Shown: piece after piece, positions 19,454 through 29,560 of the stretch
How positions within the stretch are numbered: position 1 is the stretch's first letter
How the letters are laid out: the number at the start of each line of letters is the position of its first letter
The notes under the pieces: generated by a model
Databases searched by the model: none
What the model saw: only the letters and a program-made list of their open reading frames with translations
What the model was told of the DNA's origin: nothing
Made by a program: the position numbers and the translations under genes
NCBI GenBank assembly: GCA_965228735.1
Contig: OZ245838.1
Span: 7,104,001-7,168,000 of the forward strand
Reading direction: 5' to 3'
Length of the DNA: 64,000 bases
DNA from: Planctomycetota bacterium
GTDB taxonomy: Bacteria; Planctomycetota; UBA1135; UBA2386

Positions 19454-20101
19454 TCATCGCCGTTCGAGGCGCAGCAGAACGTTGTTCTTCGGCATTCGAC
19501 GCACGGTCGGGGGCGTGAGTCCGGCGCGAGTCGCGATGGCCGTCAATTCCGTGAGCGTGCGGACCCCGTACGCGGAATCCCGTTCTCGCAGCTCGCGATC
19601 AAACTCCACGTTGCCATCAGGGCGCGGCTCGCCGTCCAGAAAGACCGCCCCGTAGACGAGCAGCACGCCGCCGCGAACGAGATGGGCCGCGGCGCCGTGA
19701 AACAACGCTTCGGTCGTCGCGATCGGCGCGATGTGCATCACGTTGCTCGCGAACACGGCGTCGAGCGATGCCGGTTCGCACGGCCAGGGTTCGCCGAGCG
19801 TCAGCGGCTTCGGTGGGCGAAGGTTGTCGAGTGCCGCGTGCTCCACCCACGCTCGAATCGACGCGAGCGCTTCCGGATCGCGCTCCGTTGGCTGCCACGT
19901 CCAGCCGGGCAGTCGCGTTGCAGCGAGCACCGCGTGCTCGCCCGTTCCGGCTGCGATCTCGAGACAACGACCCCGTTCCGGAAGTTCGTCGAGCAGGGCG
20001 GCGACGATGTCGCCGCGGTTGCGACCGGCCGACGGCGAGTAGCGGCGACCGTCCGGCTCCCCGTCGAGGGGCTCCATGCGAACGGGTGGGGTGTTGCTCA
20101 T
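19454..20101 (-). CDS. DUF938 family SAM-dependent methyltransferase-like protein
   Basis: SPSAGRN, LEIAAGTGEH, WQPTE, NVMHI, FDRELR and MPKNN motifs. Confidence 0.88.
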   Translation of the reverse strand: MSNTPPVRMEPLDGEPDGRRYSPSAGRNRGDIVAALLDELPERGRCLEIAAGTGEHAVLAATRLPGWTWQPTERDPEALASIRAWVEHAALDNLRPPKPLTLGEPWPCEPASLDAVFASNVMHIAPIATTEALFHGAAAHLVRGGVLLVYGAVFLDGEPRPDGNVEFDRELRERDSAYGVRTLTELTAIATRAGLTPPTVRRMPKNNVLLRLERR

Positions 20102-20172
20102 GGGGTCGCGGCGCTCGTCGTGAACCGTTCCCGGGCGGGGATCCACGGAGCTGGATGTAGGCTGGAGTGATC

Positions 20173-20772
20173 ATGCCAGATCCCGCCGAGGTACTGTCGT
20201 TCTGGTTCGGCCCGATCGCCGACGATGGCAGCTGTGCGCCCGAGTTCGTCCGTCGCTGGTGGGCGAAGGATCCCGCATTCGACCGCGAGGTCACCGAACG
20301 GTTCGGCGAGGCGATCGCGGCCGCGGAAGCCGGGCAACTCGACGCGTGGCGGAGTTCGCCCGAGGGTTGTCTCGCCCTGATCCTGCTGTGCGATCAGATG
20401 ACGCGGAACAGTCGGCGCGACAGCGGTCGCATGTACGATGCGGACGATAAGGCGCAAGAACTGGTCCGGTATGCGATCGAGCAGGGTTACCCCGAGCAGC
20501 TGCGGACGATGCAGAGCTACTTCCTCTACATGCCGCTGATGCACGCGGAGTCGCTGGAGTTGCAGCGCGAGGGGATCGCCCGCTTCACGGCTCTGGCCGA
20601 GACCGCCGAGCCCGGCGCGCGGCAGGCGGCCGCGGGCGCGGTGGACTACATGCGGCAGCACGAGGCCATCGTCGCCCGGTTCGGCCGCTTCCCGCACCGC
20701 AACGAGTTGCTCGGTCGTGCGAGCACTCCCGAAGAACTCGAGTTCCTCGAGCAGCCCGGCTCCAGCTTCTGA
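20173..20772 (+). CDS. DUF924 family protein
   Basis: VLSFWFG, DQMTRN, FLYMPLMHAE and RFGRFPHRN motifs. Confidence 0.92.
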   Translation: MPDPAEVLSFWFGPIADDGSCAPEFVRRWWAKDPAFDREVTERFGEAIAAAEAGQLDAWRSSPEGCLALILLCDQMTRNSRRDSGRMYDADDKAQELVRYAIEQGYPEQLRTMQSYFLYMPLMHAESLELQREGIARFTALAETAEPGARQAAAGAVDYMRQHEAIVARFGRFPHRNELLGRASTPEELEFLEQPGSSF

Positions 20773-20773
20773 T

Positions 20774-20922
20774 GGCTGTACCGAACCCGTTTCGAATCCG
20801 CCACCGAATGGCTGTACCGAACCCGTTTCGAATCCGCCACCGATGCGCCGCTGCAATCTCCCGCGAAAGCCGGCGTTGACGTGGTCGAGGGGTGGCGGAT
20901 TCGAAACGGGTTCGGTACAGCC
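20774..20922. repeat. REP/REPIN-like element: a 32-bp unit twice direct and once inverted
   Basis: GGCTGTACCGAACCCGTTTCGAATCCGCCACC at 20774-20805 and 20810-20841; exact reverse complement at 20891-20922. Confidence 0.9.
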
Positions 20923-20931
20923 ACGCGCGGG

Positions 20932-23040
20932 TCAGCGTTCCCAGGTGATCGTGACATCACCCTGGCGGTAGGTGAGCATGCGGCCGCTGTCGTCGATGCG
21001 CAGGCCGATCTTGGTGCCCACCAGGTTGAGGTCGACGGCCCGGGCCGCGACGGTCTCGTCGCCGACCTCGACCTCCTCGTTGCCGGTTGGCGTGAACGAC
21101 AACGGCAGGGGTGACCGGTGTTCGACGTGCAGCGCCTTGCAGTTCACCGGGTCGCTGCCCGCGAGCGGCAGGCGCGCCAGCATGATCAGCAGGTGCGCCG
21201 TGTTGTTGTTGTGCAGCACGAACATGTCGGCCTTGGCGGCGACGGTCTTCTCGTCATCCTCGTCCGCCGCGCCGCGCCGGATCGTGACCACGTCGCCGTC
21301 GCGGACCGCGGAGAACGTCGCCTCCTTGCCGCCCGCCTGTCGCTTCGCCGAGAAGCGCAGCAGGCGTCCGTCGTCGCCGACGACGGTCGTGGCCGTCTCC
21401 TGGTAGCGCCCGTTCGCGAGGTCGACCTCGGTCTCGAACAGGTGGCCGCCATCGTCCTGTTTGCCGCGGTAGGTCATCCGTTCCTTGCCGAGCAGGCTGG
21501 TCCCGTTCCTGTAGACGAACGTCTGCGTCGCCCCGACGGGCCACGGAAACGCGTCGGTGCGGCGCGCCGTCGCGTCCTGCTGGAGCTTCGGCGCGTGGTC
21601 GAGCACCTCGAGCTTCTGCGGCCGGAACGCCGTGAGGTCCTCGCTGAGGCGGATGTGGCTCGCGTCGACGTAGGTCGCCTGGCCGGCCGTGCAGTCGACC
21701 GGCAGCCAGCCGATCTCGTCACCGAGGTAGACCTCGGTCCACATGTGCTGCCCGAAGCTGCCGCCGTAGAGCGGCACGTACATGCCGCCCATCGGTGTTC
21801 GTGCCGGGATGCCGAGCGAGCGCAGCATCGCGGCGAGCACCCGCGAGTGACCGCCGCACTCGCCTTCGCGGAGTTCGAACGTGCGCGCGGCCGTGCCGCC
21901 GCCGGGAATCACGTACGGGATCTCCGCGGTCCAGCGCGCGAGGCGATCGACGACCTCGAAGCAGTTGTTCGCGCCCGCGGCGAGCTCGCGGGCTTTCGCG
22001 CGGATGCCCTCGTGGTCACTCTGGACGTTCTCGTCGGGTGCGAGGTAGGGCTGCAGTTCGGCCGCCGTGAACGTCCCGTCCTCGACGGGGAACGGCGGGG
22101 CTCCGGCGCCGTCGATGCGCCGCGGTCGGATCTCGAACACGCCGTCGACGACGCCGTTCTCGACGGTCCCTTCGAACGACTGGCCGGGCACGTTGAGGCC
22201 TTCCTTCGTCACCACGGCGGTCGCCTCGATCACCGCCCGCACGCGCATGAAGGTCAGGGCCGACGGATCGCCGTAGTCGAGGTTGGTGGGGCCGACGAGC
22301 GTGTCCGTGAGGTCGACGCGTTCGATGCGCGCGACGACCTCCGGGTCCACGAGCTCGATGACCATCGACGCGGCTGGGATGTTCGACGTCAGGACCTCGA
22401 ACTTCACCGCATCGACCGTGATGTCGATGACGGTCCCCATGGTCGCGAGATCGATCGTGTAGTCGCGGATGCGTCGGCGCTGACCGCGGAACTCGCGTTC
22501 GCCGGCGGCGACCCACGTCACCTTGGCCCGCTGCGCGTCGCCGATCTCGGGAACGAAGTAGTCGATCTCGATCGTCACCCCCGGCTTCGCGGGGCCGCGT
22601 TCCGCGAGCCAGCGAAACTCCGGCGTGACGATCACCCGGGTCGGATCGAGCGTCTTGCCGCTCGAAAGCTCGAAGCCGGCGTCCGTCCGTTTGCCGTCGC
22701 ACGTGATCTTCTGATCGCCGACGTCCATGCGCGAGGACATCGACAACACGCGACGCGAGGCGGCATCGAGCATCCACGTCTGATCGACCGATTGCTCGAA
22801 GCTCTGACCCAGCATCTCGAGCTTGATGAGGCTGCGCACCCCGAACCGCACGACGTCCCGGTCCCCTTCCCGCGCCGGGTTCTCCGTTTCGATCTGGTAG
22901 CCGACGACGCGACCGTTGCTCCTGACCGCGTAGGTGCGCTCGATCGCGTTCTCGATCGCGTTCTTCGCCTGGGCCGGAAGCGCGGCAACGGAGGCGAGCA
23001 AGACGGCGAACGACGCGGCGAGCGAGCGGCGGGTGTGCAT
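20932..23040 (-). CDS. Secreted transglutaminase-like domain protein
   Basis: GECGGH..LRSLGIPAR, HMWTEVY and WLPVD (Cys-His-Asp triad); signal peptide. Confidence 0.9.
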   Translation of the reverse strand: MHTRRSLAASFAVLLASVAALPAQAKNAIENAIERTYAVRSNGRVVGYQIETENPAREGDRDVVRFGVRSLIKLEMLGQSFEQSVDQTWMLDAASRRVLSMSSRMDVGDQKITCDGKRTDAGFELSSGKTLDPTRVIVTPEFRWLAERGPAKPGVTIEIDYFVPEIGDAQRAKVTWVAAGEREFRGQRRRIRDYTIDLATMGTVIDITVDAVKFEVLTSNIPAASMVIELVDPEVVARIERVDLTDTLVGPTNLDYGDPSALTFMRVRAVIEATAVVTKEGLNVPGQSFEGTVENGVVDGVFEIRPRRIDGAGAPPFPVEDGTFTAAELQPYLAPDENVQSDHEGIRAKARELAAGANNCFEVVDRLARWTAEIPYVIPGGGTAARTFELREGECGGHSRVLAAMLRSLGIPARTPMGGMYVPLYGGSFGQHMWTEVYLGDEIGWLPVDCTAGQATYVDASHIRLSEDLTAFRPQKLEVLDHAPKLQQDATARRTDAFPWPVGATQTFVYRNGTSLLGKERMTYRGKQDDGGHLFETEVDLANGRYQETATTVVGDDGRLLRFSAKRQAGGKEATFSAVRDGDVVTIRRGAADEDDEKTVAAKADMFVLHNNNTAHLLIMLARLPLAGSDPVNCKALHVEHRSPLPLSFTPTGNEEVEVGDETVAARAVDLNLVGTKIGLRIDDSGRMLTYRQGDVTITWER

Positions 23041-23090
23041 GGTGGCTCCGTGGGGGCGGGGCGGCCGATGCTACCCGACTTTCGAGGGCG

Positions 23091-25775
23091 CTACCCGCCG
23101 GCGCGCACCTCGAACACGATCGTCGCGGCCTTGCGGTCGAGCTCCTGCCGCGTGCCGTTGGCCTGCAGGTGCAGGAATTGACGGCCGTCGTGCCGTTCGA
23201 CGGCGCAGCGGCGCAGTCGATAGTTCATCGGTCTGCCGTCCGCCGCGTGCGCGACGACGCGCGCATCGAAGCGATCGGCCGCGATTCCGAGGGCCGTGAG
23301 GTCGATGCGCGTCAGCACGCGGTAGTCGGCGCGGCGGTCCGTGCCGAACATGTCCCAACTGCGCGGCTGCCAGCCCGCCTCGCGTTCGATCGTTACCGTC
23401 AGCCCGTCGTCGGTCCGGATCGCGCGGACCTTCTCCGCGGGGCTCTCGACCCGCGGAAACGGGCGCAGCGCCGGATCGCCGATGAGGATGCGGTTGCTGC
23501 CGCCGCCCTGCATCACGGCCTCACCGCGCTTGTGCGGTTTGCCGACCTCGGGGATGTCGAGCACGAGTTCGCCGTTCGCTGCCAGCAGCACGTCGTCGTA
23601 CGTCGACTTCATCGTCTCGCCGAGGCTCGCGCCGTGCCGCAGCGCGAAGTCGGTCTCCATCGCGACGCTCATGCCGTGGTTGGCGCCGAGCGGAACGAGC
23701 AGGCTCACGGCTCCGGCCGCGAGCCAGGAGAGCGCCAGGCTGTTCTCGGGCCGGAGCTCGTGCACGGTTGCGTTCTCGGTGCGGCCGAACGTCGAGACGA
23801 TGTCACCTTCCACGAAGACGCGTTGCACGGCGCCGGAGTGACACGTGCCGGACCACAGGATCGGCGCGTCGAGCTCGAGCTCGCGAAAGCGCGCGGCCAT
23901 GAGCCGCGGCATCTCGCCGCTCGGATCCTCGCCGACCCGGGCGGGGTCGTAGTTCCAGTGTAGCTCGGGCTTCAGGTTGCGTTCGTCGTCGAACAGCCAG
24001 ATCCCCTGCGGGTCACCGCAGCCCGTGAACTCGACGACCGCGGCCGTGCTCATCGCCGCGAGCGAGCGCGTCACGAACGCGTCGCAGTCGGGGTCCTTCG
24101 TGCCGTAGTAGTAGTGCGGGGCGACATAGCCCGCGGCGCCCACGGCCTGCGGCGGCGAGTCCGCGTAGAGCAGCGACCGTTCCATCGGGGCGACCGAAGC
24201 CTGCAGCCACGTTCCCTCGCGCTTGCCGCTCGCGTGCACGCGTTCGATGCGTTGCCACAGCCGTTCGCAGGCCGCCCCGTCCTCCGCGGTCAGGTAGCCG
24301 AACGCCACGTCGCAGAACCAATCGTCATCGAGGGCGGCGGCGAGCAGCAGGATGCGGCGGTGCAGCGGCAGATCGAGCGTGTCGGGCCGCAGCACGAACG
24401 CGACGTTCGCCGGAGCGCGGCGACGCAGCTCCCGCTGCAACGCCTCGAAGTCGCGGCCGTCCCACGACCACGAAGCGGCGCGATGGAAGCGTTGCGCGCT
24501 CGTTGCAACGCGCAAGAACCCGGCATCGGATGCTCGTCCGGGAGCGAGGTCCACCGGCACGACGAGGTAGGGCCCGGTGTCCGGCGCGCCGTTCGAGGAC
24601 TTCGCCCGCGTCGGGCGGCCGCTCTTCTCGCCGCCCGGTCGCGAAGCTTCGTCCTCGGCCTCCGCGTCCTCGCGATCCATGCGTTCGAGATAGCCGGCCG
24701 ACGCCGCGCCGACCGAGGTCATGCCCTCGTCCTCGATCACGCGCCGGAACATCGCGCGCGCCTCGTCGCGGCGGCCGACGTTCAGCAGGTGGCAGGCCAT
24801 GTAGTGCCGCACGAGGGTGGCCTCGTCGCCGTCCGGGAAGCGTTCGAGGTAGCGTTTCTCGAACGCGAAGGACTCCTCGTCGCGACCGAGGCGACCCAAC
24901 GTGCACGCCATGTAGAACAGCGCTTCGCGTTCGGCATCGGTGTCGGCCGTCGCGGTGGCGAGCGCGTTCTCGAGCAGTTCTCGGGCAGCGAGCAGATGCG
25001 CTCGATCCGCCTCGCGGAGTTGCCCCGGCAGCGTGAAGCCGACCTGTGCGAAGCGCGAGATCCCGCGGGCGACGAGATCGGCTGCGCCGTGCCTCGCTGC
25101 GCCGGGGCGCGGGGCCGGTGTCTGCGGCTGCGGTTCTTGCGCCGGCAGCGGCTGTTCACGTGACACCGCGTTGGGTTCGAGCCGCCAATGTCCGGCGCCC
25201 AGCGCCGCGGTGCCGGCGGTCGAGAGCTTGCCCTTGCCCGTGATGATCGCGAGCACGCTGCCGTCGAGCACCGCGACGTGCCAGCCGTCGTCGTCCGACG
25301 TCAACGCGAACCCCGCCGGTCCGACGGCTTCGAGCCGGATGTCGTCGCCGAGTTCGACGGTTGCGGCCGCGCGCGCCGGCACCTCGATCACGTCGCGGCC
25401 GACGATCGCGCGTTCGGCGGCGACCGTCCACCCGCGGTCCGGGCCGAGCTGCCGTTGCGTCACCGATCCGCGGGGCGCGGCGGCCGGCAGCAGGAACAGG
25501 ATGAGTGCGGCGGCGAGCGCGGCGGCGGCGAGGCTGTAGAACCGCGCCCGCGCGCCGTGGCCGGAGCCTCTGGTCGTGGCCTCGAGTCGTTTCGCGGACT
25601 CGGTCAGGAGCGCCGTGAGCGCGCGTTCGCCGCTCTCCCACGAGCGGCAGCGTTCGCAGATCGCGAGATGGGCGTGCACGTCGAGTCGCTGCCGGTCGTC
25701 GATCTCGCCTTCGATGGCGAGGAAGAGCAGCGGCCGAATCGAGTCGCAAGTCGGGTTGGTGTCGCGGTCGGTCAT
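23091..25775 (-). CDS. ZAS (zf-HC2) anti-sigma factor with TM, FecR-like, TPR and C25-peptidase-like domains
   Basis: HLAICERC; TM; TPR-like helices; FTGCG, SGTCHSG and ILIGDPALRP; ATGA overlap with the sigma gene. Confidence 0.78.
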   Translation of the reverse strand: MTDRDTNPTCDSIRPLLFLAIEGEIDDRQRLDVHAHLAICERCRSWESGERALTALLTESAKRLEATTRGSGHGARARFYSLAAAALAAALILFLLPAAAPRGSVTQRQLGPDRGWTVAAERAIVGRDVIEVPARAAATVELGDDIRLEAVGPAGFALTSDDDGWHVAVLDGSVLAIITGKGKLSTAGTAALGAGHWRLEPNAVSREQPLPAQEPQPQTPAPRPGAARHGAADLVARGISRFAQVGFTLPGQLREADRAHLLAARELLENALATATADTDAEREALFYMACTLGRLGRDEESFAFEKRYLERFPDGDEATLVRHYMACHLLNVGRRDEARAMFRRVIEDEGMTSVGAASAGYLERMDREDAEAEDEASRPGGEKSGRPTRAKSSNGAPDTGPYLVVPVDLAPGRASDAGFLRVATSAQRFHRAASWSWDGRDFEALQRELRRRAPANVAFVLRPDTLDLPLHRRILLLAAALDDDWFCDVAFGYLTAEDGAACERLWQRIERVHASGKREGTWLQASVAPMERSLLYADSPPQAVGAAGYVAPHYYYGTKDPDCDAFVTRSLAAMSTAAVVEFTGCGDPQGIWLFDDERNLKPELHWNYDPARVGEDPSGEMPRLMAARFRELELDAPILWSGTCHSGAVQRVFVEGDIVSTFGRTENATVHELRPENSLALSWLAAGAVSLLVPLGANHGMSVAMETDFALRHGASLGETMKSTYDDVLLAANGELVLDIPEVGKPHKRGEAVMQGGGSNRILIGDPALRPFPRVESPAEKVRAIRTDDGLTVTIEREAGWQPRSWDMFGTDRRADYRVLTRIDLTALGIAADRFDARVVAHAADGRPMNYRLRRCAVERHDGRQFLHLQANGTRQELDRKAATIVFEVRAGG

Positions 25776-26290
25776 GGTTTCGTTCGTCGTTCGAGTTCGG
25801 TTCGGAGCAGCTGGCGCGCGTCGTAGAGGCGGCCGCGCACCGTCGAGACCGGCACCTGGAGGCGCGCGGCGATCTCGGCGTAGCTCAGGTCGTCGCGGTA
25901 GCGCCAGCTCAGCAACTGGCGGGGCGGTGAAGGCAGCTTCTCGACGAGCTCCCAGACCCAGTGGCCCGGCACCTCGTCGACCACCTCGTCGTCGAGCGGT
26001 GCGAACCGCTGTTGACGCTGACCGCGCCGGTGATGATCGGTGACGCAGTTGCGGGCGATGCGGCCGATCCAGCGGTCGGCCAGGCGCACGTCGAGCAACT
26101 TCGCTAGCTGGTCGTAGACGCGAATCCAGATCTCCTGGATCACGTCCTCGCGCGCGTGCGGGTCGCGCAGGCGTCGCCCGACGATTCGTCGCACCGGGGC
26201 GTCGAACGCGCTCACGATCTCCCCGAACCGGGAATCGTCACCGGCCAACACGGCCTGGACGGCAGCGGGAATTGGATCGGGGCGCGCCAC
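25772..26290 (-). CDS. ECF sigma factor
   Basis: EDVIQEIW, WIGRIARN and LSYAEIAARL..STVRGRL; GTG start inferred. Confidence 0.88.
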   Translation of the reverse strand: MARPDPIPAAVQAVLAGDDSRFGEIVSAFDAPVRRIVGRRLRDPHAREDVIQEIWIRVYDQLAKLLDVRLADRWIGRIARNCVTDHHRRGQRQQRFAPLDDEVVDEVPGHWVWELVEKLPSPPRQLLSWRYRDDLSYAEIAARLQVPVSTVRGRLYDARQLLRTELERRTKP

Positions 26291-26395
26291 GAGGATCTTG
26301 ACGACGGCGAGCGCCGGGTCGTCAGAGAAATCGTATCGCCCATCCAGGGTCGGCCCGGCGAGCGAGCGCGGTGGGCGTGATAGACTGCACGCTCG

Positions 26396-26629
26396 ATGCC
26401 CGATCCCCGGATCGAACCCCAACCGACACCGCTCACGACGCAGCCGCGCAGTCGGCCGCTGCGTGCACACAGCTACAACCTGCCGCCGACCGGCCCGCTG
26501 CGCGGGCGCCACCGGCGGCACTTCGCACGCCAGGAAGGCACGGGCGTGCTCTTCCTGATGTTGATCGCGAGCGTCGGGGTCTACCTGCTCGGCGTCGGGT
26601 TCGGCTGGTGGGAGACGGTGTTCGGCTGA
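26396..26629 (+). CDS. Small membrane protein
   Basis: 77 aa with a C-terminal hydrophobic helix; fills an intergenic gap. Confidence 0.45.
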   Translation: MPDPRIEPQPTPLTTQPRSRPLRAHSYNLPPTGPLRGRHRRHFARQEGTGVLFLMLIASVGVYLLGVGFGWWETVFG

Positions 26630-26711
26630 GCCGCCGAGCCTCGCGTCGAGCCGGCAAACCTGCCTGGGTCGGCCCCGACACGGATGCCTCGCGCCGAGCT
26701 ATCCTGAGCTC

Positions 26712-27749
26712 ATGGTTCGCTTCGCCGCTGCCGCTCTCGCTCTCTTGGCCGGGGTCCTCTCGGCCCAGACCCTCGTCGGCATCAAGACGGTGGGCAGCAT
26801 GTTCCGGCTGGAGCGCGGCACCGGCACCGCCTACCGGGCGGGCACGGTGGTTGGCCTCGGCAACGCGATCGTGCAGGAGCTGGCATACGACTCCGCGACC
26901 CGAACGGCGTGGCTGACGACATCGACCGATCAGCTGTGGACCGTCGACCTCGCGACGGGCGCGGCGACGCTCGTCGGAACGTACGCGCCGGGCGGGATGA
27001 ACGGTCTCGACTGGGACGGTTCGCGAGGGCTGCTCTACGGCGTGGCCGCGGACAACCGCCTCTACACGATCGACCCGGCGACGGCGGCGACGACGTCGGT
27101 CGGTCCGACGGGTCTGAGCGGCACCGTCAACATCGCATACGACTCGACGCGGGACGAACTGCTCGCGGTCGACAGCAGCACGATCAGTCTCCATCGACTC
27201 GATCGCGCACTCGGTCTGGCGAGCACGATCTCCGCATTCAACGGTCCGGGGAGCCCCGGCAGCCTCGCCTACGGCGCCGCGGCGGACACCCTGTATCTCG
27301 CCGACGGCCTGACGCGCAATCTGTATCGCGTCGACCCGGCGACCGGGTTGGCGAGCCTGATCGGACCCTATGGCGGCCTCGTGGTGTCGGCCACCGCCGT
27401 GCTGCCCGCCGCCGACTCGACGCGACGACCGCACGGCTGCGGCGTGACGCTGCGCGTGGACGGGTTGCCGTTGCTCGGCGGCAGCCTCGCGGCGGAAGTG
27501 CCCAACCCCGCGTACCCGACCTTCATCGGACTCGGTCTCCGCTCACTCACGATCCCGTTCTGCGCCTGCACGCTCGGGCACGGCTGGATCGCGAGCCGAC
27601 TCGGTGACAGCGCGACGCTGCCGATCCCGAGCACCGCGACGTTCCGCGGCGTGCAGGTCGCGTTCCAGGCCGGTCAGGTGCTGACACCCTTCGGGTGCAC
27701 GGTGCCGCAGGTGGCCTTCAGCGACACGTTCGTCTTCGTGATCGACTAG
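26712..27749 (+). CDS. Secreted beta-propeller protein with shared C-terminal module
   Basis: Signal peptide ending LSA-Q; repeated LAYD..LYxIDPATG.A.xG blades. Confidence 0.85.
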   Translation: MVRFAAAALALLAGVLSAQTLVGIKTVGSMFRLERGTGTAYRAGTVVGLGNAIVQELAYDSATRTAWLTTSTDQLWTVDLATGAATLVGTYAPGGMNGLDWDGSRGLLYGVAADNRLYTIDPATAATTSVGPTGLSGTVNIAYDSTRDELLAVDSSTISLHRLDRALGLASTISAFNGPGSPGSLAYGAAADTLYLADGLTRNLYRVDPATGLASLIGPYGGLVVSATAVLPAADSTRRPHGCGVTLRVDGLPLLGGSLAAEVPNPAYPTFIGLGLRSLTIPFCACTLGHGWIASRLGDSATLPIPSTATFRGVQVAFQAGQVLTPFGCTVPQVAFSDTFVFVID

Positions 27750-28813
27750 CGGCACGAGGCTCGCAGGATCGCGCGCGCGGTCTCGGAGTGCGTCGCGAAC
27801 AGGAAGTGGTCCGCGTCCAGCGCGTGGAGGTTCACCTCGGCGCCCGCCCCCCGCAATAGCTTCGCCACGGCTCGCACTCGTTCGATCGGGATGCGTCGAT
27901 CCCTCGTGCCGGTGAGCAACACGATCGCCGCGCCGCGCATCTTGGACGGGTCGAACTTCTCGAGCGGCACGCCCGAGATCGCGATGCACGTGCGGAAGCG
28001 CGTCGGGTTCGCGGCGTAGTGTTCGAGCGCGCCGATGGCGCCAGCGGAGAGCCCGCCGATCACGGTGTGCCCCGGACGAATCGGGAAGTTCGCGAGAACG
28101 TGCCGGTGGACCGACTCGATGCGTTCGGTCGCGGTTGGTCCGTGCCAGTCACCGAACCCGAACGTGGGCAGCGCGACGGCGATCCCGTGCTCCTCGGCCA
28201 GCTCGAGCAGGGTGACGGCATACGATTGGAAAGGGCCGCCGTTGCCGTGCAGGAACAGCAGGAGCGGGAACGGGCCGGCCCCATCGGGCAGGACGAGACG
28301 GTAGTGCGGCCGATCGACGAGCCAGGCATCGACGACGCGCGACGCCGATCGTTGGAGGACGGGTTTCCTGGACAGCTCGGTGTAGATCTGCTCGAGCGCA
28401 GCACCGTTCCGGATGGACGCGCGTTCATCCGGCGTGAGCCCGAGCGCGGCCCCGACGCGCACGAGTTCGATCTCGGGAACGAGGCCGAACCATGGCGCCG
28501 GCGGCTCCTCTCCGGTCGTGAGGACTTCGCGCACCGGGGCGGCAGTGGTCACGGTTTCGGGCCACGGCAGCACCATCGCCGCGGCGCCGGCCGCTGTGAC
28601 GAGCGCGACCGCCACCGACGCGTATCGATGTCGTCGCGCGCTTGCCGCGATGATGCTCACGAGGCAGGCCGTGGTCAGCGCGGCGAGCCCGCCGATCGTC
28701 GGGCCGCCGAGGACCAGACACAGAACGGCGAGAGTTCCCCCGAGACTGATCATCGTGGCGGCCGCGGCCAGCCGGCCGCGGCCGGCCCAGGTCCTGACTC
28801 GGGTGGTCGGCAT
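27746..28813 (-). CDS. Membrane-anchored alpha/beta hydrolase (esterase)
   Basis: Three N-terminal TMs; FLHGNGG, GLSAG, GTRD and DH motifs. Confidence 0.82.
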   Translation of the reverse strand: MPTTRVRTWAGRGRLAAAATMISLGGTLAVLCLVLGGPTIGGLAALTTACLVSIIAASARRHRYASVAVALVTAAGAAAMVLPWPETVTTAAPVREVLTTGEEPPAPWFGLVPEIELVRVGAALGLTPDERASIRNGAALEQIYTELSRKPVLQRSASRVVDAWLVDRPHYRLVLPDGAGPFPLLLFLHGNGGPFQSYAVTLLELAEEHGIAVALPTFGFGDWHGPTATERIESVHRHVLANFPIRPGHTVIGGLSAGAIGALEHYAANPTRFRTCIAISGVPLEKFDPSKMRGAAIVLLTGTRDRRIPIERVRAVAKLLRGAGAEVNLHALDADHFLFATHSETARAILRASCR

Positions 28814-28982
28814 GGCGCAACGTCGAGGAACAGGATGATCGACTTGCCTCGTTCCTGCCGCAATAGGCTATGGGACCCGGCCAGCGTTCCGGTTGCGGCT
28901 CGTCCTTTCGCACGTGCGTCCTGGTATTCTCGGGAACCTCGGCGGCGCTCGCGACACCACTGCTCTGGTCGTTCGAAGGGCG

Positions 28983-29558
28983 ATGCACTCTCCCGAGCCA
29001 ACCCGAACTCCGGCGTGCGCGAACTCGACGCGCCGCGTCGCCGCCGTCTTCATCGCGCTCGCGGTGGGGCCGGTCGTCGCCCTCGATCTGACGGCGGGCC
29101 TGCTCGGCGTCGCGCTGCTGGCCGGGTTCCTGCTCTTTCGCGTGACGTTCGCCGTGCGGTTGCCGTCGTGCCGCGCGACCGCGGCGCCATACCTCGTGGC
29201 CATTGCGTGGCAGGTCGCGCACTTCCTCGAGGAACTCACGCAGGGGTTCGCAGAGCTCTTCCCGCGGCAGTTTGGCTGCCCGGCGTGGGCCGAATCGAGG
29301 TTCGTGACGTTCAACGTCGTCTACTACGCGATCTTCGGGCTCGCGCTGGCGGGCTTCCTCGTGCGGCGAGCGTCGCTCGCGGCGCCGGCGTGTGCGTTCG
29401 TCACCGCGACGCTGGTCGGTGGGCCGGCCCACACCGTGATGGCGCTGCGGGCCGGGGGCTACTTCCCCGGACTCATCACGAGCTGGGTCGGCAGCGGGTT
29501 GGCGGTGTGGCTGATCCGGCGTTGGCGCCGTCTCGCCGCCGGCGAGTGCCGCCGCTGA
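28983..29558 (+). CDS. HXXEE-domain membrane protein
   Basis: HFLEE and GYFPGLITS motifs; multiple TMs. Confidence 0.8.
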   Translation: MHSPEPTRTPACANSTRRVAAVFIALAVGPVVALDLTAGLLGVALLAGFLLFRVTFAVRLPSCRATAAPYLVAIAWQVAHFLEELTQGFAELFPRQFGCPAWAESRFVTFNVVYYAIFGLALAGFLVRRASLAAPACAFVTATLVGGPAHTVMALRAGGYFPGLITSWVGSGLAVWLIRRWRRLAAGECRR

Positions 29559-29560
29559 GC

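Noticed and set aside
20774..20922. tRNA (TTCGAATCC..CCA) or CRISPR
   Set aside because: No cloverleaf; the inverted/tandem arrangement indicates a REP-like repeat.
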